From contig NC_092349.1 in NCBI RefSeq assembly GCF_963676685.1, forward strand, positions 69,130,001 to 69,194,000: 64,000 nucleotides of DNA, written 5' to 3'. The notes beneath the pieces are model-generated. The model searched no databases, was not told where the DNA came from, and saw only the letters and a program-made list of their open reading frames with translations. Positions 13,101 to 26,500 of the stretch are shown piece by piece. Origin of the DNA: Mytilus edulis. Lineage: Eukaryota. The position numbers were made by a program, and so were the translations under genes. Position 1 is the first letter of the stretch, and every line of letters starts with the position of its first letter.

Positions 13101-15897
13101 AAAAACCCATTCCGCATTCAAGAAAGATTTCAATGCGCCTTGAGATACATGTATTTGGAATCTGGACATTTTGGATGTAAACTTCACTGAAAAAATAAAA
13201 AGCATTTAACCTATCTAGTAAATAGGCATTCGATATAGAAAGGAAGATAACTCCGACGCTTCCCAAGCTGCATAAATCAGTTGTCATGTCAAAAAATTGG
13301 GTAAATATGGTGCTACATATCATACGTTTGAACCTAACATAGTAAATGAGCAAATTTATGTTTTTTATATTGTTAAACGTATAGCAAACTTCAAGGTTTT
13401 ATATGAACAGAAATTTAAAGCTATTCAATAAAACAAAAGATTGAAAGATACCATAGTAACATTCTACTTAAGACTGAGCAACACGAACCCCATAAAAAAA
13501 CTAGACAATGATAGAAAGGGATAGTAATGAAATATTAAAAAAGCAAGAACTATATGTCTTGAATTCCTTTTAGTCTTTCTCCCGTCAATTAAATGTTGTA
13601 TCAACAACAAAAAAAGGTTGCTAATAATATACTGACAATCATATCACTGTGAAATAATTAACCTATCTCACACTGACCGTCATTGCGTTATATATTACAA
13701 ATATTACTAGGACTGACAAGCAGGCTATACACTGCACGTGAAAAAAATATATATGTCTATCTTTCGACGGCACGTGATGGTATGACCAGTTAACTTTGAA
13801 GACATACAACAAAGTTGATAACTTGTGTTGTGTTTGTATTAGTGTTCCTTGTGAATGTAAATCAAGAACAGCGCGCTGAATGCACGAACTTTATTAAGCG
13901 TTGTTTTCATATCCTTTCATCTCTTTCTTTAAATGTATCGATAGAGATATAAATTTTATTAAATAACTACATGTTAAGCTTAAAAATACGCAAGGATTAT
14001 ATGTTGTACTTTTAAATACAGCTGTTTCTCAAACCACGCCTCTCTTGGGGAGATGTATCATAGTCATAGATAATTAATTTTGTCTATGTACTGGTTCATA
14101 GTTTTGAATTCTATATTTCCTATCGTAGAGCATAACTTGGGAATGCTACCGGCAAATAAAGTTAAGGTAGGGGTTGTGTAGAACCTTAGTGTAGGTTTAA
14201 ACTCTTAGAAGTTTTGGGCATATAAACATTCAAATTATATCGAACAGCCCTATATTTTTTCTTTGACACAAAAAGTAGAGCATATGAACTTTCCATTCTA
14301 GAATGATTTTTTTTTCAAAACGTCATAGTAAAAATGGTACAGTTTTTGTCGTAGAAGAAGTTCCTATGGGACATATGGGAAATTGTATTGTCGATATTAA
14401 CAGAAGTACAATCGATTCAGTGTTTGAAAGAGCCTTTTTTATACCACATTTTAGATTATTATGAACATGTGTACACTAATTTATAGTTTCTATCATAAAA
14501 TTGTTTGTTGTAAATTGCTTTCCGTATGGAATGTTCTTGACGTCTAATAGTATTATATCCTCGAATTTTGTTCACGACGTTGCTTTATGAAATCTTCTAT
14601 GAAATACTTCAATCGATATCGAGTGCAGTGCGGCTTGATTTCCTTTCGGCAGGTTCGGTACTATGTGCTTTGTTTCAGTAAGTTGTGATACAGTGTATAT
14701 TGATATTTCTGTTAAGTTTTGCATCGTGGTTTATCGTTCACTGATTTAACTGTAATGAATGTACATGTAAAGTATGATATATCAAATACAGGAATAACAA
14801 AGAAATCTTCATCCCATGTTATTTCTATGTATGTTTTGGTCATCTTCTGAGATAGTTAAACGCGCCTAGCTAAGGCAATATACCTCTTAAATTTGCCTTC
14901 AGTGATTTCGTATGTTATATATAATTTTCTTTCGTTAGTTTTTAAATAATGAGACTTCCCAGAACGTTCCTGTATGCTTTATTTACATTTTGGTAGGTGC
15001 AGGATGAATTTTTTACCCACATCGTGCCAATATAATTGAAATGTTATGAGACTGTTATACAAGTGAAAGGTTAAGCTACATGTAGCTATAAAACCAGATT
15101 TAATTCAGCATTTCTTACAAGAGAAAATGCCTGTACCAAGCCAATACTTTGAAAGTTGTTATCCATGCGCTTGATTTGTTTGAGGTTTTGATTTAGCCAT
15201 TTGATTACGGACTTTCCGTTTTGAATTTCCTCTCAGTTTAGTATTATTGTTATTCAACTCTTTAAAGCTGGATAATTTGTACATGTAGATAAACATTCTA
15301 TCCCAAGATACTACGTTTTGTCCTCTATATATATTGCTTAGGCATACCCTTATCTTCCTATTTCTTTATTTGTATTATGTATTTGTACTGTTTATACGAA
15401 AACCTTGTCACGTAAGAATCTGACCATTATGCTTTTCATGATTATTCGGTTTTGGTTTACAAGGTCGAAAAGTGCATTCCATGATAAGAACTATAAAAAT
15501 AAATTGCATTCTATATATAGAATGAGTCCTATCTAAATCAATAGCTATGAAAACAATTTATAGTACGAAGTGCTGTTATATCTGCTGAATTGTCACCTTT
15601 TGTGACATAAACTGCAGATAAATCCCCATTTACATATAACAATAGAAAATTATTTCCTACTAAACGAAATGTAATGATCATTGTTTCTTCCTCTTAGATG
15701 TAGTTATAAAAGAAACTTGGTGAAACATTCAGTTCGTTGCTAAAAGAAGATATGAAAGTCCATATATTTCTGTATAGTGCAAATATTTATATTCTATTTT
15801 TTCTAGAGAACATCATATCAAATCATATGTATGGTTTTAACGTGTAAAACGTGTATAGAGTTCGCATTTTCACACAAAACCCCTTTTATCTTATTTT

Positions 15898-16620
15898 ATT
15901 CGAGCGTCACTTCGGTGTTGACATGAATATCAATAATGTGGTCATTTTTTTAAATTTCCTGTTTACAAAAATTTTTAATTTTTCGAAAAACTAAGGATTT
16001 TCTTATCCCAAGCATAGATAACCTTAACCGTATTTGGCACAACTTTTTGGAATTTTGGATCCTCAATGCTCTTCAACTTTGTACTTGTTTGGCTTTATAA
16101 TATTTTGTTAAGAGCGTCAATGATGAGTCTTATGTAGACGAAACGCGCGTCTGGCCTACTAAATTATAATCCTGGTACCTTTGATAACTATTTACACCAC
16201 TGGGTCGATGCCACTGCTGGTGGACGTTTCGTCCCCGAGGGTATCACCAGCCCAGTAGCCAACACTTCGGTGTTGACAATAATATCAATAATGTGGTCAT
16301 TTTTATAAATTTCCTGTTTACAAAACATTTTAATTTTTCGAAAAACTAAGGATTTCTTATCCCAGGCATAGATAACCTTACCCGTTTTTGGCACAATTTT
16401 TTGGAATTTTTTATCCTTAATGCTCTTCAACTTTGTACTTGTTTGGCTTTATAATATTTTGATATGAGCGTCACTGATGAGTCTTATGTAGACGAAACGC
16501 GCGTCTGGCGTACTAAATTATAATCCTGGTACCTTTGATAACTATTGATGCGTCTTTTGTAGACAAAACGTGCGTCTCTCGTAAATATAAAATGTCAATC
16601 CTGGTATCTTGTTGAGTTTA
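15898..16620 (+). mobile_element. Tandem retrozyme / Penelope-type pLTR-like repeat (354-bp period) carrying type I hammerhead ribozymes
   Basis: Near-identical units with ribozyme cores 354 bp apart (tgatgag at 16121 and 16475). The first core has C3->A; the second is canonical. The array is flanked by the two halves of a third hammerhead. Confidence 0.85.
16466..16510 (+). ncRNA. Minimal type I hammerhead ribozyme (intact core)
   Basis: cgtca-CTGATGA-gtct(tatgt)agac-GAAA-c(gcgc)g-TC^-tggcg. It has the conserved core, a 4-bp stem II, a palindromic 2-bp stem III, a GUC cleavage triplet (cut after 16505), and stem I cgtca/tggcg. Confidence 0.88.
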
Positions 16621-16969
16621 TGTAATAATTACATCAAAACGAGACAATATGTGAAAACGAGTAGATATATATGTATGCTTCACAAACATATATTTACATT
16701 CAGAACTGATTATTAAAAATGATGACACAGATAAAAGATGAAAACGTGTGTGAAAAAAAAAATATTAATTTTTTCATAAATAATTATAGTATCACTAGAA
16801 TAATGTTACATCTGATGTTATCGGTTGTTTTATATTCTAATATGAGTCGCTTCATTTGCTTTGTAAAAAGTATAATAAGGACACCGAATTTCAAGGTAAA
16901 TTGTAAAAGCAGAAGTACATGTACATAAACTGACAAAACGAAACGTTATCAATCTATATATCGACATAG

Positions 16970-17245
16970 ACATTTTTACCTATTGTTTTTGTTGTTTTGT
17001 TCACACATCGTTGTCAATATAATGGAATTTGATGCCACTGTCATAGAAGTGAGAGGTTTAGCTAGCTTTAAAACCAGGTTCAATCCACCATTTTCTACAT
17101 TAGAAAATGCCTGTACCAAGTCAGGAATATAATAGTTTTTATCCATTCGTTTGATGTGTTTGAACTTTTGATTTTGCCATTTGATTGGGAACTTTCCTTT
17201 TTGAATTTTCCTTGGAGTTCAGTATTTTTGTGATTTTACTTTTTT
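16970..17245. repeat. Dispersed repeat family B (copies also at ~5708-5850 reverse, ~15000-15260, ~23400-23510 reverse, ~45250-45527, ~51760-52262, ~55870-55980 reverse)
   Basis: Shared string gaaaatgcctgtaccaagtcaggaatat...gaattttcct..gagttcagtatttttgtgattttacttt. Boundaries approximate. Confidence 0.75.
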
Positions 17246-20200
17246 CGACTGAAAAACAACTGTGAAATGATTGACTATGTACAAGCAACTATTGAAGAAA
17301 ATGGTTGGTGTTATAGCTAGATTATTATACATGTATAAACCTCCTACTTGTATGTCAAAATTAGTTGAGCAATCCAAACAGACAGAATAGGAAAATATGA
17401 CAATAAATTGGATCTAGTAGAAAGACATCTGTTGCTGATCACTTGTGCTTCTGTGTAGCACGTTTTTATTTTTTGGAACAAAATATGCAGACTAATATAA
17501 TTAAAAGCACAACAAAAAGAGTTAAGAAAACAAAAATGAAACTAACTTTTTTTTGATTTCAGTAGGTCAACATTGCGATTCTTATTTTCTCACATAAGGG
17601 CTTTATAAAAGAGATACCAAGAGCCATTCATGACTCTTAAAAATTGAGATAAAGGTCAAGACTATGACCAGAAATGCCCTCTTCCCTTTCCTAAAAAAAG
17701 TACGACAAAAAGAAAAACGATTCCGCAAATCACCATAAAGCTACTAGTATATAAATGTCAAATTAACTGTCGTTTATAATGATATTTCAGGCGTCAGCTA
17801 AGAATAACGTTTGTGTTAAATTAGGATATGCGTGTCTATTAAATTCCATTAGGAGGACAAAAAAGCAGTTAACATTATTAATCTGAAATTCAGTTGCGAT
17901 GTAAGGGAAATGCATTGGCAGAGCTTAAAATACATTTTTATGCAAGTAATTTAATTTTTGATTTCCTACATTTGGTCCTTGAGTATCAAAGCTTCACTAA
18001 CACATATATTGAATATGTAAAAAGAATGTATAATTCATGCATTTGATTTATATATTTTTACAATCTACGAATAACTTATTCAGAACATGTACGTTGTAAA
18101 ATTTGAGATAATTTTTAATGCAAAAATTCATAATAACACAGACTCTATTTTATAACTTTTCGTTATTTCTTATTTAATGAATAACATAAAACTGGATAAT
18201 ATAGATTTGAATTAAAGTATACAGCTCAACAAATGACATCAACTATTAACATCCATAAAACAAACTAAAATATATCGTACTACGAGTACGATACCTGTAC
18301 ACAATAAATTAATAATATATACGCCTAAAAATATACAAAACAACAACAATATATATTTGATATACGGGTCAGTGAAACATCAGTTCTTATTTCACTTTTA
18401 CAGATCAGTCTATCGCGTGGTTCTGTTATGTATGTTGACTGTATTTAAATTATCTGGATATCAAACTTTTACTAAGTTGCAAAATTTAACTGTCCCTCTG
18501 GTATCTTTTGCCCTTCTTTTAAACACGAGGTTAGAAGACACGGGTTTGGAAACAGGGCACATATTCTTGTTGTAACATTTTTTTAATCATCCGCATATTT
18601 GTTAACTTTTTCAAAGTTATTACAATCGAAATATACATTTAAAGGTGAAACACAAAGGATCTGGTATTCTCAAATTTTACTAAAAAAACATTAATGATTA
18701 AAATTGAATAAAATTGACATAGTTTAAGGAAGAACTACATGCTCTATATATTGTAAAAATAGAAAAAATGAAGAAGTATTAGCATAATCCAAATGTAATT
18801 AAAACAAAACAGAGAATAATTTGAATTGCGTGTCCAAACTCAAACTTAGTGTTCATTATGCTTGACAAACGTATTTCTCCAATTGATATCAGATATCCTT
18901 AGGCTAAAAATAATCCCAATCCTTTTTCAATTTTTCATATAAGAAATGATTTATAATCGAGACTTGCATTGTCCTTGAATTGAAAGCAATTTAATATCAA
19001 AACAGTAATGCTTAAATAGTGAATATTCAAATATTCAATTATTCAAATAAAGTTAGCAATTCATCCAAAGTAGGTGATCTGTGCAACGTGAATATTAGAG
19101 CATTCACTATATTGAAGCGTAATCAGACTTGACTTTGTGTTATGTAATACTAACTGATATTGTACTACTAGAAAGCGTCAAAATGTCAAAACCTACCAGC
19201 TGTTCTCGTCTGAGTTCCAATTCACTTAATGTTAACTATAAGTTTGACTGTCCCTTTGGTATCTTTCGTTGATCCCTCTCTTAATGGATTAGGAACTTCA
19301 GTTTTTTTAATTTAAAAAATGTAAAATCTAAATATTTTACAATTTGGTATATTATACTTGTATGTATCTATCATGTCTATGGTGAATGGTACTCTGTATA
19401 ATAAAAATACATACGAAATTAATAACAACAACATATATGTACATTAAAGAAGTAAAATATAAATATATCAAACAAATATTTTGCGAGAGACACGTTGTTT
19501 ATAAACAATAATACACACTGTTGATGTCTTACAAAGATTTTTTAGTAAGTTTTAAAACTAAATTGATTAAAAAATCAATATCACAAAAAACGTAATGATA
19601 TTTGTTTTTTTTTCAGTTTTGCCGGTAAAATCGCAATAAGTCTGTTAGAAGTCAACAAATACACTTTAATCAAAGTATATAGTAATTACTTCCTTGTTTT
19701 TGGTTATCTGCGCTGTCTAAGGATTGAAATTGAAATTAGTGAAAGGTCATTGTTTTATCATTTACTCTTTAATGGCTATACACACGGAAAACTCTATAAC
19801 AGGAAACGTTATAGTGTTCGTAATGATTTATTACCAAAATAATCACCAAATGATTTTCTAAAGACAATTTGACTATACTGAGATTTGAACAAACTATTAC
19901 AAATTTGATAGAAATAGTTACCTTCCCCAAAATCGTATATATATGCACATGCAAAAGAGTTATGAAATAATGATATAGCATGAACAAATGAAAAAGACAG
20001 AGCCTATCACCACAAATGAAAAGGAGTTAAACAATGTAAAATAGTGGCCTTGTGATAACTAGTAAAATACTTAAAATGACTATAATTCTCGGTGAAAAAA
20101 AAACTACCTATTCGTCCGAAGACGAATGTTATAGCAACCATTGCGTCTTATTATGTCGCTTCTAGGAGGTCACAATTAGTATAACTATACCGAACTAGAA

Positions 20201-21269
20201 GTGAAAAGGGCATTTTGAACCATTAAAAAACAGTCACCTAACAGGCACAAGTTAGTGTTTGAAAATAAATGTGTGTCTTAGATTTTCTCTTATACACTTA
20301 ACAAAGGCAGACTTTTTTTGTAAGCTATTGAAGGCCACAAAAAGGACCATTGATAAGAGATATAATGGGCATAAGATGCATAAGACATAAGACATAAGGC
20401 ATAACATACATATCAGGTCATGCACACATACAATTAATCATAAGCAATAAAGAGTTCAGATCAATAATATGACTTGCAACACAAAAGTTTTTTGTCCAAA
20501 GTATTTTTTCCTTCACACCCAACGGACTTTCTGTAACTTCAACATTGTCATTGTTTTTAAACTTAAGTCTGTCACGTCATATTCATCGAATATAAATCGT
20601 GGGCAAATGTAGAATAAAATGTCAAACAAATGAAGTGTTTTCTATAACTACTGCTTAAACTTCTGCTTGTCTGACGTTGTTCATCGTCTAAGATCCACAA
20701 GCGACTTATTTCAAAATTTATCAAAAGTTAGTTGTTTGGTGATAAAGAAATAGACGTGAATACAGTGCTGACAGGTTGATAAAATAATTAAAAGTTCTTA
20801 TATGCAATAATCAGTAAACATAATTTTTCACAAAAAGTGCAGACCTTTCTAAGATATAGTCCTCCTTTTTTATTGCTTTTTGTATGATAATTATGTCTTT
20901 AGTTCGGTATTTGTTCTTGCCCTCAAAGTCAACTCTTCCTTTTTAAAAACATGTGATCCACTAAACTGTGGTGTGATCAATCACATCAAGGTTAAAACAG
21001 TACATCTTAAAATAGTTTTCCTTCACAAATACGTAAGTTATTCGTACTTATTTTCACTTAATCACACCAGTTATAGAATTCCTTATTTTGATGTGCTCAA
21101 TGGCAAGCCTTGCAAAAATAAATGAGATTTCCTAAATATACAGACAATCTTTAAGCGAAAAATGACAAAACAGGAAACTTGATCAATTATTGACTAAATT
21201 TTAGGAAGCTAGACATTTTTATTCCATTTATTTTCTCTTGTAGACAAAAAAAACATAATGCAGACAATA

Positions 21270-21487
21270 CTGTAAACCAACTTAATTTCGCGGATACTTT
21301 ATTTCGCGTTTTACTTATTCTTGTTAACTTCGCGGCTATTTAATTTCGCGATCTTCTTATTTATTTGGTGTAGTTTAATAAGGAGAGATACAAATTTTAA
21401 ATATTCGCGACGATTTATATTCGCGTATTTTTTATACTCGCGAAATTCGCGAAAATAAATCGCTCGCGAAAATAAGTTGATTTACAG
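21270..21487. mobile_element. Tc1/mariner-type MITE with TA target duplication and internal TTCGCG repeats
   Basis: TA|ctgtaaaccaacttaatttcgcg ... cgcgaaaataagttgatttacag|TA. Many (t)tcgcg motifs lie inside. Confidence 0.85.
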
Positions 21488-23538
21488 TATTGACATTTAC
21501 AACTGAAATAGGATCCTTCATCAGTACGGTAAATCAGAAAATCGTAGCAATCAACACGTCTGCAATACCTTATTATGTTTGATAGTATATGACTGTCATT
21601 TGACATGATAATCTGATGAAAGAAAACCATCTACACAATATATACAGTCATTGCATACCTGTTTGAATCTGCATGTTTAAGTACTATTAAAAAAAAAACT
21701 ATTGCATTCATCAAACTAATTTCAATACTGAATGTTGCATGATGTTTGGATTAACATCTTTGGGCTATTAAACAAATAATAATTTGAGTTTTGGATTGAC
21801 CAAATATTCATAGAATTAAACCAAAACCATATTCTTTTTTCAATAGCAAAACAAAAGGAGAACAACAAGTTTGTTGCAAAATATTCAACAGTACAAGAAT
21901 AAATTTGAGCCTTTTCCTAATTTTCCTTTTTTTCAATGTTATTGTTAGCTTGTTTCCGATTCATAAGTTTGAATATCTCTTTACTATCCGTCGCCTCTCT
22001 GGTAATATGCTTAGCGTGAAAACATGACGTAGATTATCTCTCTGAGTAAGGTTTAAGGACATGGGCTCGTTAATGTAAATCATACATGATTAAAGGCATG
22101 GATATGGGAACACTTTTGCTACATCTTGCTCCAAAGACCAACATTGTTGCTTGGGACCTTTACTACGCCAATTATAAATTAAATGTTTTCTTCCCAGATA
22201 AAATCAAAACAATTTCTTTTTTTGGTTTTTTTTTGTTGTTTTTAGAAATACACTGCTTAAAGCAAGCATAGTCATAATAATTTTAGAGACCCTTATTGAA
22301 AAAACATATATTGTCGTTTAAGAAAAAGGTGCAGTTCCTCTTTCATATTTTAAATCTAAAGGAAGAAAATTGTGGATAGTAGCATGCACCAATGAGAAAA
22401 AACAAATAGATATAAGAAGATGTGGTATGAGTGCCATTGAGACAACTTTCCATTTAAGTCACATTTTATAAAATTAAACCATGAACAGATTAAAAATGAT
22501 AAATTATATACAAAAGAGAAATCATTGTGAATCAATTAATCAATTGCAAAAGGCTTCACTCTTCGAATTTAAGAATTTAAAACTATCGAAAAATAAGTGC
22601 CGTTAAAGTGTATCATGGTATTCAGAAAACATTCGTTTAAAATCAAGGGCAGATTGGAATATCGAATTCTTTCCTCCTATATAAGTTAAAAAATGTAATT
22701 GTGATTGTAATCTGTGATCTGTCACCCCAGCATTTATTTTGAATCTATTAAGTATATTGACCTACAAATCTTTCACAGAAGGTTAAGAAAATATATCGTC
22801 GAACATTAAGCAACCCCTAGCTAACTTAATAAAATGCATGTTTGTTTCAGAAATGTTTAACATGTATTTGAAGGCAGTTAGTTTTACCGAAATTGTTTGC
22901 AATAGGATATAGGTAGGGAAAGATTGGTATTTTGTTTCAAAAGTATTATTCGAAATGAATACAGAACTTTTCATTAGAACTTAGTCTTCAATTATTGACA
23001 AAAAGCAATGTTCATTATGAAAATATTGAAATAAAGTACTTTAACAACATTAGAACTAAAACAACAACAAAAACAAAACGAACACGAAATAAAGTGTAAG
23101 AACATCAGGACCAATTTCACATTCGCGATACCCTAGAACATGTTCTTTAAATGATTAATCAAAGTAGGTAGCATTGGTACAATTGTCTTCCATTTATATG
23201 CCTTTATCATCAGAAACGTTACCTTAGATGTATCCTATATCGTCATGACTCTCTTTCTAAAAGTTTATACTGTAATGTCAGTCTTCGTTCAAAGCTGAAA
23301 AAGTAATCAGTTGATATGTGATATTTTTAATCTATTATTAAATGGCATACGGAGGGGGTTGTTTATCCTCATTATTATTCTTTTCATGGTAATAAAAAGT
23401 TAGTTCTAAAAAAAAAGAACTCTGAGGAATATTCAAAATGGAAAATCCCTAATCAAATGACAAAGTTTAAGTCTCAAACACATCAAACGAATGGAAAACA
23501 ACTGTCATTATTTTTTTTCCCGTTTAATATAAGATAAT

Positions 23539-26500
23539 GGTCAGTGTAACACTTATCAATTCAAAGTTTTAAAAAGTTTTGAAATTTTGGATTTTTGGAA
23601 TTTTGATCAAAGTTTTAAAATATCAAAATTTCAAATTGTGTAAAAGTTTTGAAATTTTGAAATTTTAACCAAATTATTAAAATATTAAAATTCTAAATAT
23701 CGTTTTTAAATTTGATAGTTTAGGAATTTGATCAAAATTTCAAAATACTAAACCTTACGTGCAATTTTGATTATTTCACTTTTTGAATGTTTGATTTTGT
23801 AAATTTTTGATTAAAATATCAAAAATAGAAAAGGGGCAAAAAGAGGGGTACCTGTAAAAAGCGAAACGAAATAAAAGCGGAACGAAACGAAACAATATGA
23901 ATTATTTTAATTATATTTATTTATAGTGGAATGGGAAACAAGTTTTGCAACTTATATTACTCCCTTTCCACTTTGCGTGTGCAAGTGCTGACTTGTAGCG
24001 GCATTAGCCTACTCTTTTTCGAAATCTACAAGGGTGTCTTTAACGTGCAAGAGATATGGCTCTCTCTTAACACGGGTCAGCCATTTATCGTCTCCTTCCG
24101 ACGGACTATCATCGTTTCCTCAAGACCATACTCGCAGATGGTGTCAAGGGAGAGCCGAAAATTGAATTCCTGAAATTTTCATCCCAAACGGGAATCGAAC
24201 CCGGAACCTTTGTGTTAGTAGTCCGATGCACTTTTTTTTTTATCTTTAAGTAGTCCGATGCACTAACCACTACACCACGGCTCTCATAACAATATGAATT
24301 GAAAACATATTGATACTTAAAAGTTAATGTACGAAATAAAACCACAGACAGACAGTTGTTATAAGCGGTGAAAAATTGGATGATAGAATAAATATTTCTC
24401 AAAAGAAGAGAATTCCTTTCAAAACAAGACGACGGCTCTGATATTGGCCATTTTACTTGCTGGTTTTTCTAGCACCCATATTTAAGGAGAAACAGGAGTA
24501 ACAATAAAAACTGAACAACTCGCATTAGGTCAAATAGTATGGTTAGGATGAGCATGTATATATATTTTCTACTCAACTCTAAGCAATAAAAAGGCTCAAT
24601 ACTCGGTGTATTATCGCTTCTGATTTCAAATTTTTCTGTTTTGCTCTGCGACTTCTTACTTTCTGCAATCATGTTGGCTAAAGAATATATCATTCCATGT
24701 ACATTATGAACGATCATTTTTAACGTTTAAATCTGTTCTTTGTAAGTTGTTGGCCCTAAATATTCAGCTTTGAGCGTTCCCTAAGAATGTCGATCCAGAA
24801 AAGCGCTTCGGTCGTAACTTTTAACGTTATGTTTTCATTTTCATCGGTTGTATGACGATCATAATTATATTGCCTTGTATCAATGATTTTAGTTAATGTT
24901 TTTTTGGTACGGTAGGAAAACTGAATGCATGGTGTCCTAATTAAGGTTGTACTAGTCAACAATGTGGGAGGTTTTTGATATATATATCTTATTTACGCTG
25001 AAAAGAGTACTAAGATCAAATATTAGTAGATTGGAGCCAAGATACTGTTACAAGATATCTAAGGAAAATTGTCGGTTTTTGCACCAGACGCGCGTTTTGT
25101 CTACAAAAGACTTATCAGTGACGCTCGAATCAAATTAAGTTAAAAAGGCAAATAAATTCAAATAAAAATAAAAAGGCCAAATAAAGTAAACGTTTATATC
25201 CAACTTATAGCTCTGGTTTTGTAAAAGTTGAAACCATTCATATCATATATAAACGTATACCATAAACATTATTTTCAGCATTCATATTTATGTAATAGTT
25301 GCCGCTGTACTACATTAAGCGGCCATTTAGGTACGTGTCGGCATTTTGTAGGTGTCGGCATTTTGAAAATTGAAAATTCTTTTCAAAAGTTTATTTCAGC
25401 GATAAATGGTAATCTTTTGTGGAATCCAATATACAGATAGTCACTGTCTTTACTTTGATACTTCCACGAGGGGCTTCGATAATGGTACATTAAAATATTC
25501 TGATCCCCAATTTGATGAAAAAGTAATATTCTGTGCAAGCAGAGGACAAAAGAAACATTCTGAATCCAAATTTCCTCCATGCATTATAGTGTTAAATTTT
25601 GAACCAGATAATTTGATTATAGCGATGAAAAACTTAATAAAATTGTTAGCGCTTCGACAAAACAACAACACCCCCCTTTTAAAGTTGTATGGTTGCTCCC
25701 TTATAGACATACAACGTTTGGACTGGTTATCATATACGTAGCTCCATCATGGGTTCTACATCAACCACTGTTTTTAAATACTAGTAATAAATAAAAGGAA
25801 AGGGATTTTTTTGTATTAAGGGGTTTTATTGTTCCGTATTTGCATTTTGTTATTTTAGAATTTTTAAGTTATCGTACGACAATCGACTTTGAGGAAACTA
25901 AAAGAGCACAGGTACATCCAGTCAGAATGGGGCGTGAAAAGAGAAGCCACACTGTCAGCTGCATGATGGATTTTTCCATTGTTGGCCATACACCGATGTT
26001 GCTCTCGAAACACCAGTACAATGCAAAACGCAGAATTTTAAGTAAAGAATTCACCTACGGAACGCTGAAAACTGAAATTTCAAAGTTAAGAAAAATAAGA
26101 ACCGAAACAATTGAAGAGGTGTTTGGCCAAAGTGAAGTTAAAACATATCAAAATCTATATATATCCTATTCTGACATATGACTTGTATTTCCTTTCCAAG
26201 TGCGTTTTACTGTTCGTATTACTGTGTGTTTTTCATTCTTTATTGGCTAGAGGTATAGGGGAGGGTTGTGATCTCACGAAACATGTTGAACCCCGCCGCA
26301 CTTGTGCACCTGTACCAATCCAGGAGCCTCTGTCCTTTTAAGTCTTGTATGATTTTAATTTTAGTTCATTGTTATATTTCGGGGTTTCAGTCTATAATCA
26401 CTGAACCAGTACACTTTTTTGTCTAGGGGCCAGCTGAAACACGCCTAGCAGAACGTTCATTGCGACGCTATACATTAAGTATTCCTTCCGTATTATTTCT

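Noticed and set aside
24185-24285. tRNA gene on the minus strand
   Set aside because: It has A and B boxes, but it continues into a SINE body, is flanked by a 13-bp TSD and is interrupted by an insertion. It is a SINE head.
25450-25482. FDTSTRGFD resembles viral RdRp motif A
   Set aside because: No motif B or GDD follows; a short chance match.
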